A DNA stretch of 63,333 bases, the filler included, from Octopus bimaculoides (Eukaryota), in assembly GCF_001194135.2 (NCBI RefSeq). It is 4 parts of 4 records of this genome, joined end to end, with 100 filler letters (N's around TTAATTAATTAA, not from the genome) between each part and the next. Parts side by side here need not be neighbours in the genome. Positions count along the whole stretch, not along the records: positions 17,074 to 40,385 come from NC_069000.1; 3 more parts are not named here. One strand, given 5' to 3'. Below the pieces are notes generated by a model. That model saw only the letters and a list, made by a program, of their open reading frames with translations, was not told where the DNA came from and searched no databases. Shown piece by piece: positions 26,395-39,683 of this stretch. Both the position numbers and the translations under genes were made by a program. Position 1 is the stretch's first letter. The number at the start of each line of letters is the position of its first letter.

Positions 26395-27250
26395 CAAAGT
26401 TAGGAGAGATAAACGCGGCAAAAGAAGTCAGTAGATTGAAAACGATGAATAAATCCCCTAGAGTGGTTGTCGTAGGAACCTTTCGAAGTTGGCAGAAAGC
26501 TGAAGGAAGGCAGCTATTGTGGAGGACGATTTGAAAATCGGAGTCAGTCCGCCTGCGGTTTCTCTTGTGTGTGGTGAACGAAGTATTTCTGTAACCAAAT
26601 GATTTTAAATAATGAGAATCGATGATGTTTTTGCTACACACCGTTAGAACTTGTTCTGGCAACATGGAAGCCGTTGCTGGTTGAGTACACCTGGTATCAT
26701 AATCAAGTCTTGAAAACCTTTTTCTTTTTCTCTGAAATAAGTTCGCAACATCATTAGTGCTATGAGAATTAACACCAAACTTCACTAGAATGTTTTCGAT
26801 AGGAAATGCAAGGTCAACACAGAAATGCAGGTAAAGGAATACGAAGACCGACCCTCACCCTCCAACTGTTGAATGATACCAGAGAGAGAAAGATTTGAGT
26901 AGATTTGGAGAAAACTCTCGTATTTGTTTGCAAACTAATTTACAACCAAAGTCCCGACCTTATGGTATACGTAACCTGACAAAAATGTCCTGATTGTTGA
27001 ACTGGTGGTATTTTTTGAAGACAATATGGAGTTAGCACGTGAAAGGAAGTCCCTAAAATACGAAGGACATGGGGAGATGTGTGCCACTAGGGAAGGTTGT
27101 ATATAATACTTCCATGCGAGGTTGGATGTCGTGGGTCTGCAACTTTGAGTCTGGCTCTCAATAGACGCATGACGAGTAGCAGAGCAATGAGTTGTGAACT
27201 GGCAGAGAAAGTGGAGAAAGTTTATAGTTATGGATATAGTTTATGGTATT
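26395..27250 (+). pseudogene. HERO-clade RLE non-LTR retrotransposon 3' region (zinc knuckle plus restriction-like endonuclease), decayed
   Basis: Across frameshifts: LVCGER, YTWYHNQVL (26683-26712), PDLMVY (26953), NVLIVELVVFFEDNMELARERKSLKY and LPCEVGCRG (about 27109-27135). These match HERO motifs YTWRHNQVL, RPD..., IELTVPWEEN...ERK..KY and EVGCRGF. Confidence 0.85.
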
Positions 27251-27548
27251 GACAATAGAATAATTATATTCTGTTTATATATTTCGTGTCACACAGGGCG
27301 CTCTGGCTAATTTTAAATACCTTTTTTATGTAAACGTGTAATCATAAAATTTTAAAGTTACACAACCACTGAATTCATGAATGTTATGAATTTTTTTGAA
27401 GAAATATTGAATAAACATATTCTGGGTAATTTTCAACGTCTGTTTATATGTACAAAATGTTGTATATATGAATATTCATTAGACACAACACCTAACATGT
27501 TTATGTGTAGGTATAAGAGTCTTGTTGTCGGAGATGGCGTGTTGATGT

Positions 27549-27622
<74 letters not shown>

Positions 27623-27946
27623 GTCTACCTCTCCATCTATCTATCTGTCTGTGTATGTATGTGTGTATGTATGTATGTAAGTATATACATACATTCACAC
27701 ACATACACACATATACACACATGTCTATATAATGCACATATACATACACATACATTTGCACCCCCCCCCACACAGACACACACACATACGTATATGTATA
27801 CACACATACCTATATACATACTTTTATACATTCAAATAGACTGTATAAACCCGCCATTATAAGTATTTACTGAGTATTTTAATGAATACTTGTTACATAA
27901 CTAAAATATACACACATTCGTACATACGAACTCATACATATATACA

Positions 27947-28006
<60 letters not shown>

Positions 28007-28343
28007 TGTTTACAATAAAACAATAAGTAGGTAGTTCCAGTACAAATTGATGCAAGACTTCCCCACCATCATCACCATGGCCGCCATAATCATCGTCATC
28101 ATCATCATCTCCATTAGAGCGACCAACTTCATCCTTAGTTTAAGTGGTTCTTAATTAAACACGGAAAATTTACGAGGTTACTTATTTCAGCTAATTTAGG
28201 TCACTCACAGTGAAGTGGTCCGCTCCTCGCCTACAATATCTTCGAAGAAGACAAAGCAATCGCCAGTTTCCCACCCTACCATGTCTACCACTAAAATATT
28301 TCGAAAAGAAAGGGAACCATGATTGGCCCTTCGAATAGTTATC

Positions 28344-28492
28344 GATGGCGTGCCTGTGTGGTTAAATACTTCCCTTCGCAACCACGTGGTTTCGATTTCA
28401 ATTCTGATATGGAGCTCTTAAAAACCATGATCTCAAGTCAATCAAAGCCTTTTATGCGAACTTTGATAAACGGAAACTGTGTGAAGCTCGTA
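28344..28492 (+). mobile_element. Diverged SINE family A head
   Basis: GGCGTGCCTGTGTGGTT...CGCAACCACGTGGTTTCG...CGGAAACTGTGTGAAGCTCGT. Confidence 0.7.
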
Positions 28493-28700
28493 AGAAAAAA
28501 TGGTTGGGAATCACTGCCTGAAAGAGTTTCAATCTGTTGCGGACATTCTGATCAGAATTTTCAATTTATAAAAAACTTATTCGTTATGGAACTCTAGGGA
28601 TCGCTTATTGGTTCTGCCGTTTCCCTTCTGTTAAAAACCTATTTAAATAAATATTGGACAATCGATGAAGTCAGCCAACCAAAAACAAGAACGATCCTCC

Positions 28701-28743
28701 AAGCATTCAAAAAGCATTCAAAAAGCATTCAAAAAGCATTCAA
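28701..28743. repeat. 11-bp tandem repeat AAGCATTCAAA, about 4 copies
   Basis: Directly visible. Confidence 0.92.
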
Positions 28744-29446
28744 GGTGGTGCCCCAGTATGTCCCGCAGGCCAATGACAAAAAACAAGCAAAAGAAAATAA
28801 ATGAAAGAATCCATCTGCCCCGGACTGCAAAGGTCAATTAGACGGAAAATTGAGAACGTAGACGACTAGAACAAACACAAGACATTTTCCCTACCACTCT
28901 AACAATTCTGCTAAAATGGCGAGAAACAAAACTTGATTAGAAGGCAGCGAGATTTATATTCAAAATGTAGAGAACTAGAACCAATACCGAAAGCATTTTG
29001 TCTGAAACTTTAAAGAATCTTGACCCACTGCCTTGAAATCCTATTAAGTTATAAATCTATTCACCATGTTCAGTGACAAGAAGCTTCCAACGTCGAATGA
29101 TCAAACTGTTCTCATCAAGCTGTGCTCGGTAGTTGACATCATACGTTGGCAGACGATCTTATATACAGATGTAGCTTTTGACCTTTAGTAATAACCATAG
29201 TTCAGGCGATATCCACAGTGACTTTTAGCATCTTCAGATCATTCTGACATATCTGAAAACATTTATTTGTTGTTCAGGGCGTGTGACTAAACATGGCGGA
29301 TAAATTCATCATTTAAATTGGTTGATAAGTTTAGAGACAAACAAAACAAAATCCAGAATAAAAAGGAAATTCTTCCCAGAAGAAAAGTAGGAAATTTACA
29401 CACAAATGAGCAAATAAGAAAAATAAATGTAATTAGTATGTTTGCA

Positions 29447-29512
<66 letters not shown>

Positions 29513-30088
29513 ATACATATGACTATTTCCCATGCCCCTCGACAACTAAGAATACTGCTCTTCCTCTCTCTCTCTCTATTTCTCTCTCTATTTCTCTTCT
29601 ATTTCTCTCTCTCTCTCTCCCTGTTTATTTACACTCTTTTTCTTGCTCCTCTAAAACTAAGTATGTTTTTGTGTTCTCCCGCTTTTCCTACACTTCCGTC
29701 AAACTTCTGTCGTTACATTCCGCTCCCCTACACCTCTCCCCCTCTCACCTCCGTGTTATACACTACGCGAGATCACACCATAAATGTCTCACGTCATCCG
29801 TCGTCAATAATATATTCACCATAAACATCCTGTATGTTAGTGGGGATTTCAGAAACAACATATTCTAAAGTCCCTAACTGACCTTTGTTTATGGTTTCTC
29901 TCTTAATTCTAAGAAAGTAACTTTTAATTCGAAGGCAATTTAATTGTTATTTCTAGGAAGTCGAGCGACTACGTAGTAACGCCATCGCTAACTCCGAAAT
30001 GTCATGGTTGACAATATTTTGAATTTAAACCATCTTTATAGTAATTAGATGTTGAGAATACTGGATGGCTCAAACAAACAATTCTTAT

Positions 30089-30300
30089 CAGTGGTTCTCA
30101 ATCGGGAGCCATATAGGCCCTGAGGGATCATATTAGAGTTTTTAGGGGTTCACGTAACAAAATATTAAATTGGCGACTCGCAATAGTATTTTAAGGGCCT
30201 TTGAAAACACATTTGCTTTAGATGTATGCATTAGTATGTAATTTCATGTTGTTGCTTTTAGTAATTGTCGGCGGTTTTAATTGTGATGTGGGGGATGGAG
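30089..30300 (+). mobile_element. hAT (Charlie/Buster-like) left-end fragment
   Basis: CAGTGGTTCTCAA terminus; no right end found, so the extent is approximate. Confidence 0.5.
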
Positions 30301-30310
30301 TGTGAATGAG

Positions 30311-30334
30311 TGACGTCATCGCTTCCATGGTAAC
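30311..30334. promoter_or_regulatory. Adjacent full CRE and RFX X-box-like site
   Basis: TGACGTCA (30311-30318) and GCTTCCATGGTAAC (30321-30334, one mismatch to GTHNYYATRRNAAC). Motif match only. Confidence 0.3.
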
Positions 30335-31198
30335 CATTACTTCACGAAAAACAAAACAAAAAAAAACAACAAAAAACGAAAAAACAAAAAAAACAAAAAC
30401 AAAATGACAGTATATCGCATGGCTGAGAAAACTAACTGGGTTTTTTTGGCCTGAGCTGATAGTGGTGTCATGATGTCAAGGAGGAATCTGGAGATTTTGA
30501 ATTTAGTAGCTTCGTCAGAAGAGGATGGGCAGCATCTGTGACATTTTTGCAGAACATCCGAGATGTCTGTAGTAGGGCGTCCATGCTTCTGCCCCATACA
30601 AAATATGCTCAAATTACAAGTTTTGTATACACTTATTTTAGCTTTCAGACTGACCCCGTGCCCACCCCCACAAACCAGTTTTCCTCATCAAGAATACTCT
30701 TAAAGTTTAATCTACTTCCAAGACATTTAACCGACCTGATCTATTTGAGTGGTTTGTCGTCTATCATCACGTTTGAATCTTGGGTATGACCTAGGCGCGT
30801 GTGCGGGTGTGAAAGTAAAGCGTTTGAAGAGCGAAAGTGAAGCTAATGGGAAATAATGAGAATTGTTAATCAAAAAACGATGGCAGAAATATGAACAGTG
30901 ACGATGAGAGGCAAGAATCCTTTGCTGAAGCTGGGATGAGGAAATAAGACCGAAGAACACTGACAAGATTTCCTACAAATTAACCAAACGATTATGAAGA
31001 AAATGAAGGATTAATATCACTGAGTGAGAAGATGTTTATGGCTGACTCAGTACCACAAAATGGTCTGTGGTATTTCGATGGTGATTGCTGCTAATAATAA
31101 TCTAGATGTTTCCGTCAACAAAATATTTCAATGCAGCACCATGTTTCCTCAGTTCTGTATTTGAGAAAGTTTCTGGGCGCCATTTTATGTGAGAACGC

Positions 31199-31557
31199 TT
31201 TTTATTACGTCCGCCTTAGCTAAGGCGGACGTATCGTTTTCACTCGTGTTTGTTTGTCTGTCCGTGGACAAGATATCTCAAGAACCGCTGGATGGATTCG
31301 GATGAAATTTTCTGGGAAGTTTGGTCTCGTGACTGGCACGAACTGATTAGATTTTCGGACCGATCCGGTACCGGACAAGGATTCTGGATTACTTTTCCTG
31401 TTTTTTTACTTAAGTTTTGAGAGCGGTCGGGTTCATTTTTAGTCTTATCGTCTGTGAGAACAATCGAGTTTATTTTTAAAATAATCTCCGGTTAATCGTT
31501 GAGAGGACGCTGGTGTTGCCTTGGCGGAGGCTGACGCTCTTTGAGTGCTCTTGTTTT
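31199..31557 (+). mobile_element. Helentron-associated (HINE/DINE-1-like) element
   Basis: TTTTATTACGTCCGCC start inside the palindrome GTCCGCCTTAGCTAAGGCGGAC, a short GTTT/GTCT microsatellite, a GATGAAATTT core and a 3' GGCGGAGG...CTCTTTGAGTGCTCTTGTTTT end. Confidence 0.72.
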
Positions 31558-32384
31558 AATTACATCAATTTATTTCCTTAAGCTTCATTTTGTTTTATAT
31601 CTTGCGTAACTTTCGTCTTATCGAAGAAGTTTTGAAGACGAACGGGTTCGGCAAGATTCCACATATATCTACTCTGACTCTAAAACCAAAAAAATATTCT
31701 GTGAACTAGCGACAAAATCTTTGCTATTTAATTCCATCTGCCAAACTTGCAACAAGTAAACAATACTATACCAGTAACTGTTTGTTTACGTATATTATAA
31801 GTGGATTCCACTTTCCGCAATTTTAGTAGCTGGGAGCTGAAGAGAACGGCCTTGATACAGAAACCAAACACGTATTGGTCAATTTTGTAAATGTACATAC
31901 ACACACTCACGCACGCACACACACACAGACACACAGATATACACACACGTACACACACGTACACACATACATACATACACACACACACACACACGCACAT
32001 ACACAGGTATGTATTCATGTATCTATGTACATACGTATATATGAAGATAGCATATGTACTTATATATAAATATACGTATACATACGTGTGTGTGTGTGTA
32101 TGTATGTGTGTGTATATATATATATATTATATATATACATATTATCTATGTATATATGATATATGATATATATATATATATATATATATATGCTACTCAA
32201 AAACATTTGCATACACACTTATATACACACAGAGTAGCAACTGAAGATAGAATATTTTCACAGCGAGACCATCTATATGGACAAACGAAAGAAAAGAGCA
32301 CTCAGCACATTTAGAGTTTTAGGTATTCGTGAGGGGTCTGCGAAACTTAAAGTAGCACGGAACCGAATCAAACTGTTTCAAATA

Positions 32385-32475
<91 letters not shown>

Positions 32476-33034
32476 AGTCAGTCTGTCTGTCTGTTTATCT
32501 ATCTTATCTATGTATCTAATATAGTGATCGAGCAGACCGTTGACGCAAAGGGTTTCCAGTCATGACCATCCCATCGTTTAAGAGAGAGGTAAAGTACAGT
32601 TAGCCTAAGAGGTGTAGAAGAATTTGAGCGTTTCGACTCTTGTTGCTTGCTGCTCTTCGAGAATAAAAGATTTGGTGTTGCTTACACCACTTCTCTCTTC
32701 TTTCCCTCTCCACTTCAAGTGACACCCCCCCGACCATCGTCTCCCTACCAACGCATTTCTCTCCATTCGCCACCCGCTCCATTCTGGACGAAGCGAATGT
32801 CACTCTTCTCTCCACACTCTCCCTTCGCTTCCGACTGACACCACTACCCCTTCTCCCCTTCCTCTTCCCCCCAATCAAGTGGTTCTCAAACGTTCTGTCG
32901 GAAGTTTAAAAAACTGAGTACAATTTAGTCTTGACAAAATTTAGATTAACTCTTGAACCTCTTAAAATTAAATAATGATATTTGGCATACACAAGTAGAG
33001 TTTATTATACAAGATAAGCAATAGTTTCCCATAT

Positions 33035-33184
<150 letters not shown>

Positions 33185-33467
33185 GTACATGCATTTTAAG
33201 TCTTTAAGTCAAGTGATATATGAAGGTAATTAGACTGAAAGATTACTTAATATTTCTTAGTAGAAGACATTATCAACTTTTCACAAGGAAAATGTTGGCA
33301 CTGACCTCGAAGTTTCGGTTCGATCGCCTTCAGCAGAAAGTGCCTTGTTTCTGATTTATATAGTCTCTGGCAAAGACTGCATGAAAAAAGAAAACGAAAA
33401 TAAATCATTCTCATGAAAGCGAGGAAGCCGAAGTCACTCGACCGTTTTCTTGTCAAAGTTTGTATGT

Positions 33468-33549
<82 letters not shown>

Positions 33550-33680
33550 TATTCATCACATTACACCGTCCGCGTTTGTTCATCTGAATATCCCCGTGAC
33601 ATTCAAAAACGAACATATAGTGAGTCAGTACAATATTAAATTAAATAAAGTATTATTACCATTATTATTATTATTATTAT

Positions 33681-34185
33681 AGACGTCGCACAATACACAA
33701 TATCGTGAAAATTGAGGATATTGTGTCTACTGGGAGTTTGTAGTGTTTGTCAAGTCACAACAAGGACCTCAGACAGACAGTACTTTATGTAATATGCATA
33801 CAGTTCCAAGTAATGCTAACTTTTGCAATACACCTAGATTGTAGGGTATCTCTAAGGTTTTCAGATGTTTTTCAGATTGGATGGTATTGAATCCAATTCT
33901 CCGATGATAGTAGGGATAACCTTTATGTTTGCCTCGCGTAGCTGCCACATCTTAGCGATCTCAGTTCTCAGGTCTCCGTTTTTATCAACCTTTTCTCTTT
34001 CTTTCATGATGATATGTTGATCTCGCACTGCCACGTCAATTATTAGGCACTCTTGTTTGTCTCTCTTAAAGGTTACTATATCCGGCCTTCGGTGCTTTAA
34101 TACCTTGTCTGTCTGAAAGTCAAAGTCCCAGAGGATTTTGCCTTTCCATTTCCGTCATTTACCTTTTCAGCAAAATGTCATGGCA
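33681..34185 (-). pseudogene. R4/Dong-clade retrotransposon 3' end: RLE domain, 3' UTR and (TAA)n tail
   Basis: KILWDFDFQTDKVLKHRRPDIVTFKRDKQECLIIDVAVRDQHIIMKEREKVDKNGDLRTEIAKMWQL...VIPTIIG; tail at 33651-33680. Confidence 0.9.
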
Positions 34186-34194
34186 CATTGAGTC

Positions 34195-34612
34195 TATTTA
34201 TTCCAAAGTGAATGTGCGTCTGTCAAGTTGCAGAAAACCCGCATTATTGCGAAAAGGTGTCGGAACTTGTACGGAGACGGCACAGAGAGGTCTCTTCAAT
34301 TGCATTATCATATTGATCATCTGTATCCGTTTAGAGCAGGCATCTTTGAAAGTGCCGCATAAGTGGCCATCCACAGTGCGAAGGTCGTCGATGGAGGTTG
34401 GTCCCTTAATGACATGATGTAAGAGCCGCTGATGGAGGAACTCGGAGTTCAGGGAGTGAACTGTGTAGAAGCGTCCGATTGTGTCGCCTTTGTACACACA
34501 GCTTGATCCAACTGTGTAGGCCGGCCTTGTTTTCGTTGAATTCTATGTTGATGTGTGTATGAAATGTTTTGCAGAGCATCTTGTAGTGGGGTACGACCCA
34601 CCGATTGTCAAC
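34195..34612 (-). pseudogene. Helitron RepHel fragment with internal deletion
   Basis: VDNRWVVPHYKMLCKTFHTHINIE and IGRFYTVH...LLHHVIKGPTSIDDLRTVDGHLCGTFKDAC match the Helitron motifs DNRWVVPYN...HINVE and IGR.YTV...GPTSFEDLRTV.G...TF.EAC. Confidence 0.9.
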
Positions 34613-34664
34613 TGAACCCAGAAACATGGTAGTTGGGAACCGAGCTTCTTACCACACAGCCACG
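34613..34664 (-). mobile_element. SINE family A head fragment
   Basis: ACTGAACCCAGAAACATGGTAGTTGGGAACCGAGCTTCTTACCACACAGCCACG. Confidence 0.8.
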
Positions 34665-34977
34665 GCAGCGAGCTTTCACCGATATCACGAGATTCGGCTT
34701 AAAAATGCGTTGACACTTATTACTTTAAATGCTGCGGTGAACGGTCACGGTGAACTAGATTTGTCTGCTGACAGGTTTCTGTTGTTGGTGTTGTAGACAC
34801 CTGGGCAAACAGTAGAACAATAACAATAACAACAACAACAACAAAGATATTTACAATAACAACAAAAACAATGACAGCTCTAGCAACAAGAACAATAGTT
34901 GCTACTGTGATGTGTCTGCTGCTGCCCCTTTTGCCCGCATTCCTCCTCCTCCTCCTCCTCCTCCTTCTTCTCCTCTA

Positions 34978-35016
<39 letters not shown>

Positions 35017-35254
35017 GCAGCAGCAGTAGCAGTAGCAGCAGCAACGACGATAAAAAATGAAAAACTGTTGGGAAAAGAAACATAAAATGTAACAAGGGAG
35101 ATGGAATGGAGAGAGAGAGAGAGAGAGAGAATAAGAGAGAGAAAGAGAGAGAGAGAGGTAAAGAGAGAGACAGAGAAAGCATAAGGAAGAGAGAGAGAGA
35201 GTGAGTGAGAACTTTGCCGAACTGTGAAAGTTGTTAAAGCGTCTGTTAGAATGA

Positions 35255-35345
35255 GTTGTAAAATTTGTTCCGATTCGCTTTGCGCTCTGAGTTCAAATTC
35301 AACCGAGGTCAATCTTGCTTTTCGTCCTTTCGGGTCTGATAAGAA
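35255..35345 (+). mobile_element. SINE family B fragment
   Basis: CTGAGTTCAAATTCAACCGAGGTCAATCTTGCTTTTCGTCCTTTCGGG. Confidence 0.75.
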
Positions 35346-35820
35346 AAAAAAAAAAAAGGTATCATTGCCAGTGTAGAAGATTGGTGGAACAGCGTGAATA
35401 TTGGAGCGAATAATTTTCAGTACTTGTACCAGATTCTTTGAATTGCGAGTTCAAATCCCGTTAGGGCCCAAATGGTGATAGACGTAACAGCACCGAGGCG
35501 CAGNNNNNNNNNNNNNNNNNNNNNNNNNNNNNNNNNNNNNNNNNNNNNNNNNNNNNNNNNNNNNNNNNNNNNNNNNNNNNNNNNNNNNNNNNNNNNNNNN
35601 NNNNNNNNNNNNNNNNNNNNNNNNNNNNNNNNNNNNNNNNNNNNNNNNNNNNNNNNNNNNNNNNNNNNNNNNNNNNNNNNNNNNNNNNNNNNNNNNNNNN
35701 NNNNNNNNNNNNNNNNNNNNNNNNNNNNNNNNNNNNNNNNNNNNNNNNNNNNNNNNGACGTTTCGAGCCTACGCTCTTCAACTGAAAGGAACACAGAAAG
35801 AAATAAGGAGAGAAAGAAGG

Positions 35821-35852
<32 letters not shown>

Positions 35853-35890
35853 CAACCTTTCTGTCTGTCTGTCCGTACATCCATCCATCC

Positions 35891-35942
<52 letters not shown>

Positions 35943-35943
35943 G

Positions 35944-35990
<47 letters not shown>

Positions 35991-36003
35991 GTCTATCTAT
36001 CTA

Positions 36004-36046
<43 letters not shown>

Positions 36047-36351
36047 CTCACTCTCTCTCACTCACACTCTCTCTTACGTACCCATATGTATGTATGTTTG
36101 TGCGTGTGTATGTCAATGTAAGGGTACATGATGTACTTGAAATTAACCGAACAGAACCCAATAAATAGAGCAAGTTGCGTCCGCTGCTTCTCCCTGCGTC
36201 CCCTTAACAGAGTGAAGTAGGTCCCACCATTCCCGTCGGGTCATTCCAGCAGGCCCACCTACTACCTTCCCCTCCGCCCCCACGCTGTGTGCTGTCCTGG
36301 TTGTTTCGAGCAGGTCGACTCGTAAGCAAGCAGCAGTGAGTCCATAGGATT

Positions 36352-36389
<38 letters not shown>

Positions 36390-37232
36390 AGAGTGTGGTG
36401 ATGGTGATGATGGCTGGTTGGCTGGCTCGGTGGTTGGTTTGAAGATGAGTAGAATCTGGTTTTAACGTTGGTGCTCAGGTTTGCAGTGGATGTGAGCGAG
36501 CGTGGCAGAAGGGGAGGAGGAGGAGTGGTGGTGGTGGTGGTGGTGGGTGAGTGACGAAGGGGTTCGACGACAGGAAGNNNNNNNNNNNNNNNNNNNNNNN
36601 NNNNNNNNNNNNNNNNNNNNNNNNNNNNNNNNNNNNNNNNNNNNNNNNNNNNNNNNNNNNNNNNNNNNNNNNNNNNNNNNNNNNNNNNNNNNNNNNNNNN
36701 NNNNNNNNNNNNNNNNNNNNNNNNNNNNNNNNNNNNNNNNNNNNNNNNNNNNNNNNNNNNNNNNNNNNNNNNNNNNNNNNNNNNNNNNNNNNNNNNNNNN
36801 NNNNNNNNNNNNNNNNNNNNNNNNNNNNNNNNNNNNNNNNNNNNNNNNNNNNNNNNNNNNNNNNNNNNNNNNNNNNNNNNNNNNNNNNNNNNNNNNNNNN
36901 NNNNNNNNNNNNNNNNNNNNNNNNNNNNNNNNNNNNNNNNNNNNNNNNNNNNNNNNNNNNNNNNNNNNNNNNNNNNNNNNNNNNNNNNNNNNNNNNNNNN
37001 NNNNNNNNNNNNNNNNNNNNNNNNNNNNNNNNNNNNNNNNNNNNNNNNNNNNNNNNNNNNNNNNNNNNNNNNNNNNNNNNNNNNNNNNNNNNNNNNNNNN
37101 NNNNNNNNNNNNNNNNNNNNNNNNNNNNNGCCCCCTCTCTCCCCTCGCCCCCTCTCTCCCTCGCCCCCTCTCTCTCCCTCGCCCCCTCTCTCTCTCTATA
37201 TATATATGTATGGATTATATACTTGTGTAAAG

Positions 37233-37263
<31 letters not shown>

Positions 37264-37545
37264 GTGAGGTTTATGTAAACACTCACCCGCTCATAAATGC
37301 ATAAATATGTATGTGTGTGTGTTTGTGTATTTAAGTCTGTATATGTTTCTGTACAGAACACACATACAGAGAATATAGAGGCTCACACACATACAGGCAA
37401 ACGTACACATACACACGCAAACACAATCATGTCCAAAACACACACCCACACACAAACCATTCTTCGCTGCTATCGATGTCCAAACAATATCGGAAGGAAA
37501 AAAAGACAATGATATGAATGTGAATAGGTACGTGTGTGTGTGCGC

Positions 37546-37582
<37 letters not shown>

Positions 37583-38371
37583 TGCAGGATTGATAGGCAG
37601 ACGACACGACGAGAGAGAGAGAGCGGAAATATAGAATGATTAGAGAGAGAGGGTGAATAAAGACACACACACACACGCACGCACACACACACATACACCC
37701 ATAGAAAGAATGAGCGATAGAGAAAGAGAGAGAGAAGAAGAGAGGTGTAAAAGGGAGTAGGAGGTGAAAGTGGAGAGATAGAGAGAGAAAGAGAGAGGGG
37801 GAGGAGGGAGGGAGGACGGTAAAGAAATTCAAACAAGAAGTGTAAGGAATGAATGGCATGAGAAAGCAAGGGAACATAAAAGAAGAAGAAAAATACGGTG
37901 ATACAAAAAGGGAGTAAGAGAGAGAGAAGGGAAGACATGCATATATATGAATGTATAAAGAGAAAGAGATAGAGCGAAGAGCGAGGGATGGAGGGATGGA
38001 GGGAGAATGAGGTAAGTAAGAGTTTAGTGTTTCACAAGCAACTAGTTCTCTCTCGTTATTCATTGCTGTAGCAGCCAGTTTAAACATTTTCCCAGGTAAG
38101 TTTATATATATTTGGTATTTCTTGTTTAAAAGGCTCCGTTGTGGCTTTCATCACAGCCTAATTAACGATCCGTTCTCATCATCATTATCATCATCGTCAT
38201 TATCATAACAATCAAAGTTATTATTGGTTTTTTCTTCTTTCTTTTTTATAAATATTATAATTTTTGTTAAATGTTTGTACATCGATAGCAGTAGGAAGCG
38301 TGTGTGAAGTGCATATATATATATATACACACAATCATATAAATACATACGTGTGTGTGTGTGTGTTTATT

Positions 38372-38798
38372 CTTTCATTCTTTTATTCGTTTACTTGTTT
38401 CAGTCATTTGACTGCGGCAATGCTGGAGCACCGCCTTTAGTCGAGCAAATCGACCCCAGGACTTATTCTTTATAAGCCTAATACTATCGGGCACTTTTGC
38501 CGAAACGCTAGTTTACGGGAACGTAAACACACCAGCATCGGTTGTCAAGCGATGTTGGGGGACAAACACAGACGCACAAACATATCCATCCATCCATCCA
38601 TCCATCCATCCATCCATACATACATACATACATTACGACGGGCTTCTTTTAGTTTCCGTCTACCAATCCACTCACAAGGCTTTGGTCGACCCGAGGCTAT
38701 AATGGAAGATACTTGTCCAAGTTGTCACTCAGTGGAACTGAACCCGCAATCATGTGGTTGGTAAGCAAGCTATTTACCTCACAGCCGCTCATTCGCCT
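38372..38798 (-). mobile_element. SINE family A, full length with internal microsatellite
   Basis: Reverse complement of the 45996-46352 type copy. Confidence 0.92.
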
Positions 38799-38842
38799 AT
38801 GTACATGTATGTATATATGATTGTGTGTGTCTGAGAGAGGGA

Positions 38843-39143
38843 GAAGGCGCGTGGCTTAGTGTTTGAGAAATTCGGTTCGCGATCATCAACTCGTGAGTTC
38901 AATTCCTGGCGGCGATTTGTGTCTTTGAGCCAGATATTTTATTCCATGTTACTCCGGTCTATTCATCCAGCAAAAATTAGTACCTGTATTTCTTGTATTT
39001 CAAAAGGGCCAGCCTTGTCAGGCCCTGTGTCACACCGAATCTCTCTGCGCAGTGCTCAGCCACGTGCACGTTCATCTCACGAGCAGGCTGTTCCGTCGAT
39101 CAGATCAACTGGGAACACACGTCGTTGTAACCGGCGAAATGCC
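38843..39143 (+). mobile_element. SINE with C/D-type head, D-like mid-section and family C tail
   Basis: GAAGGCGCGTGGCTTAGTG...GAGTTCAATTCC...GTCTTTGAGC, then GCCTTGTCA...GAGCAGGCTGTTCCGTCGATCAGATCAACTGG. Confidence 0.82.
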
Positions 39144-39215
39144 GGTTAAATCTATAGCAGAGACAGGGGTAAAACTAGTGAAGGTCACAGCGTAGGTTGT
39201 TCCTCGTTTCCTTTA

Positions 39216-39250
<35 letters not shown>

Positions 39251-39568
39251 TACAGACATCTCTATCATCTATTGTTTATCTTTTATCTATGTGCGTGTGC
39301 GCTGAAACTATACACCCAGGCGATTAACAACTAAGAGTTTATTAATTTCATTAATTCGAAGGTAATATTTTCCCTTCTGTCGTAACTCTTACCCTCAGCA
39401 GATAAATCTTTGGCCTTTTGCTCTGATTTTCCCCTTTTCCTGTTACCCTGCTTCCCCACCCAACATCTTTCCATTTCAGCAGTAACATCGCTGCACAAAC
39501 TCCCACATTTCTGCGTAAAATGCAGATTTCTTTTCTGCGAAAACATCGAAATGTATTTAACATGTAAC

Positions 39569-39620
<52 letters not shown>

Positions 39621-39647
39621 CCTGTCTGCCTGTCTGTTATATATGTA

Positions 39648-39683
<36 letters not shown>

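Noticed and set aside
30440-31080. Short coding-looking stretches (DVKEESGDFEFSS..., MNSDDERQESFAEAG, NDYEENEGLISLSEK...)
   Set aside because: They are fragmented across frames with many stops and no recognisable motif. I cannot call an exon or pseudogene without a homology search.
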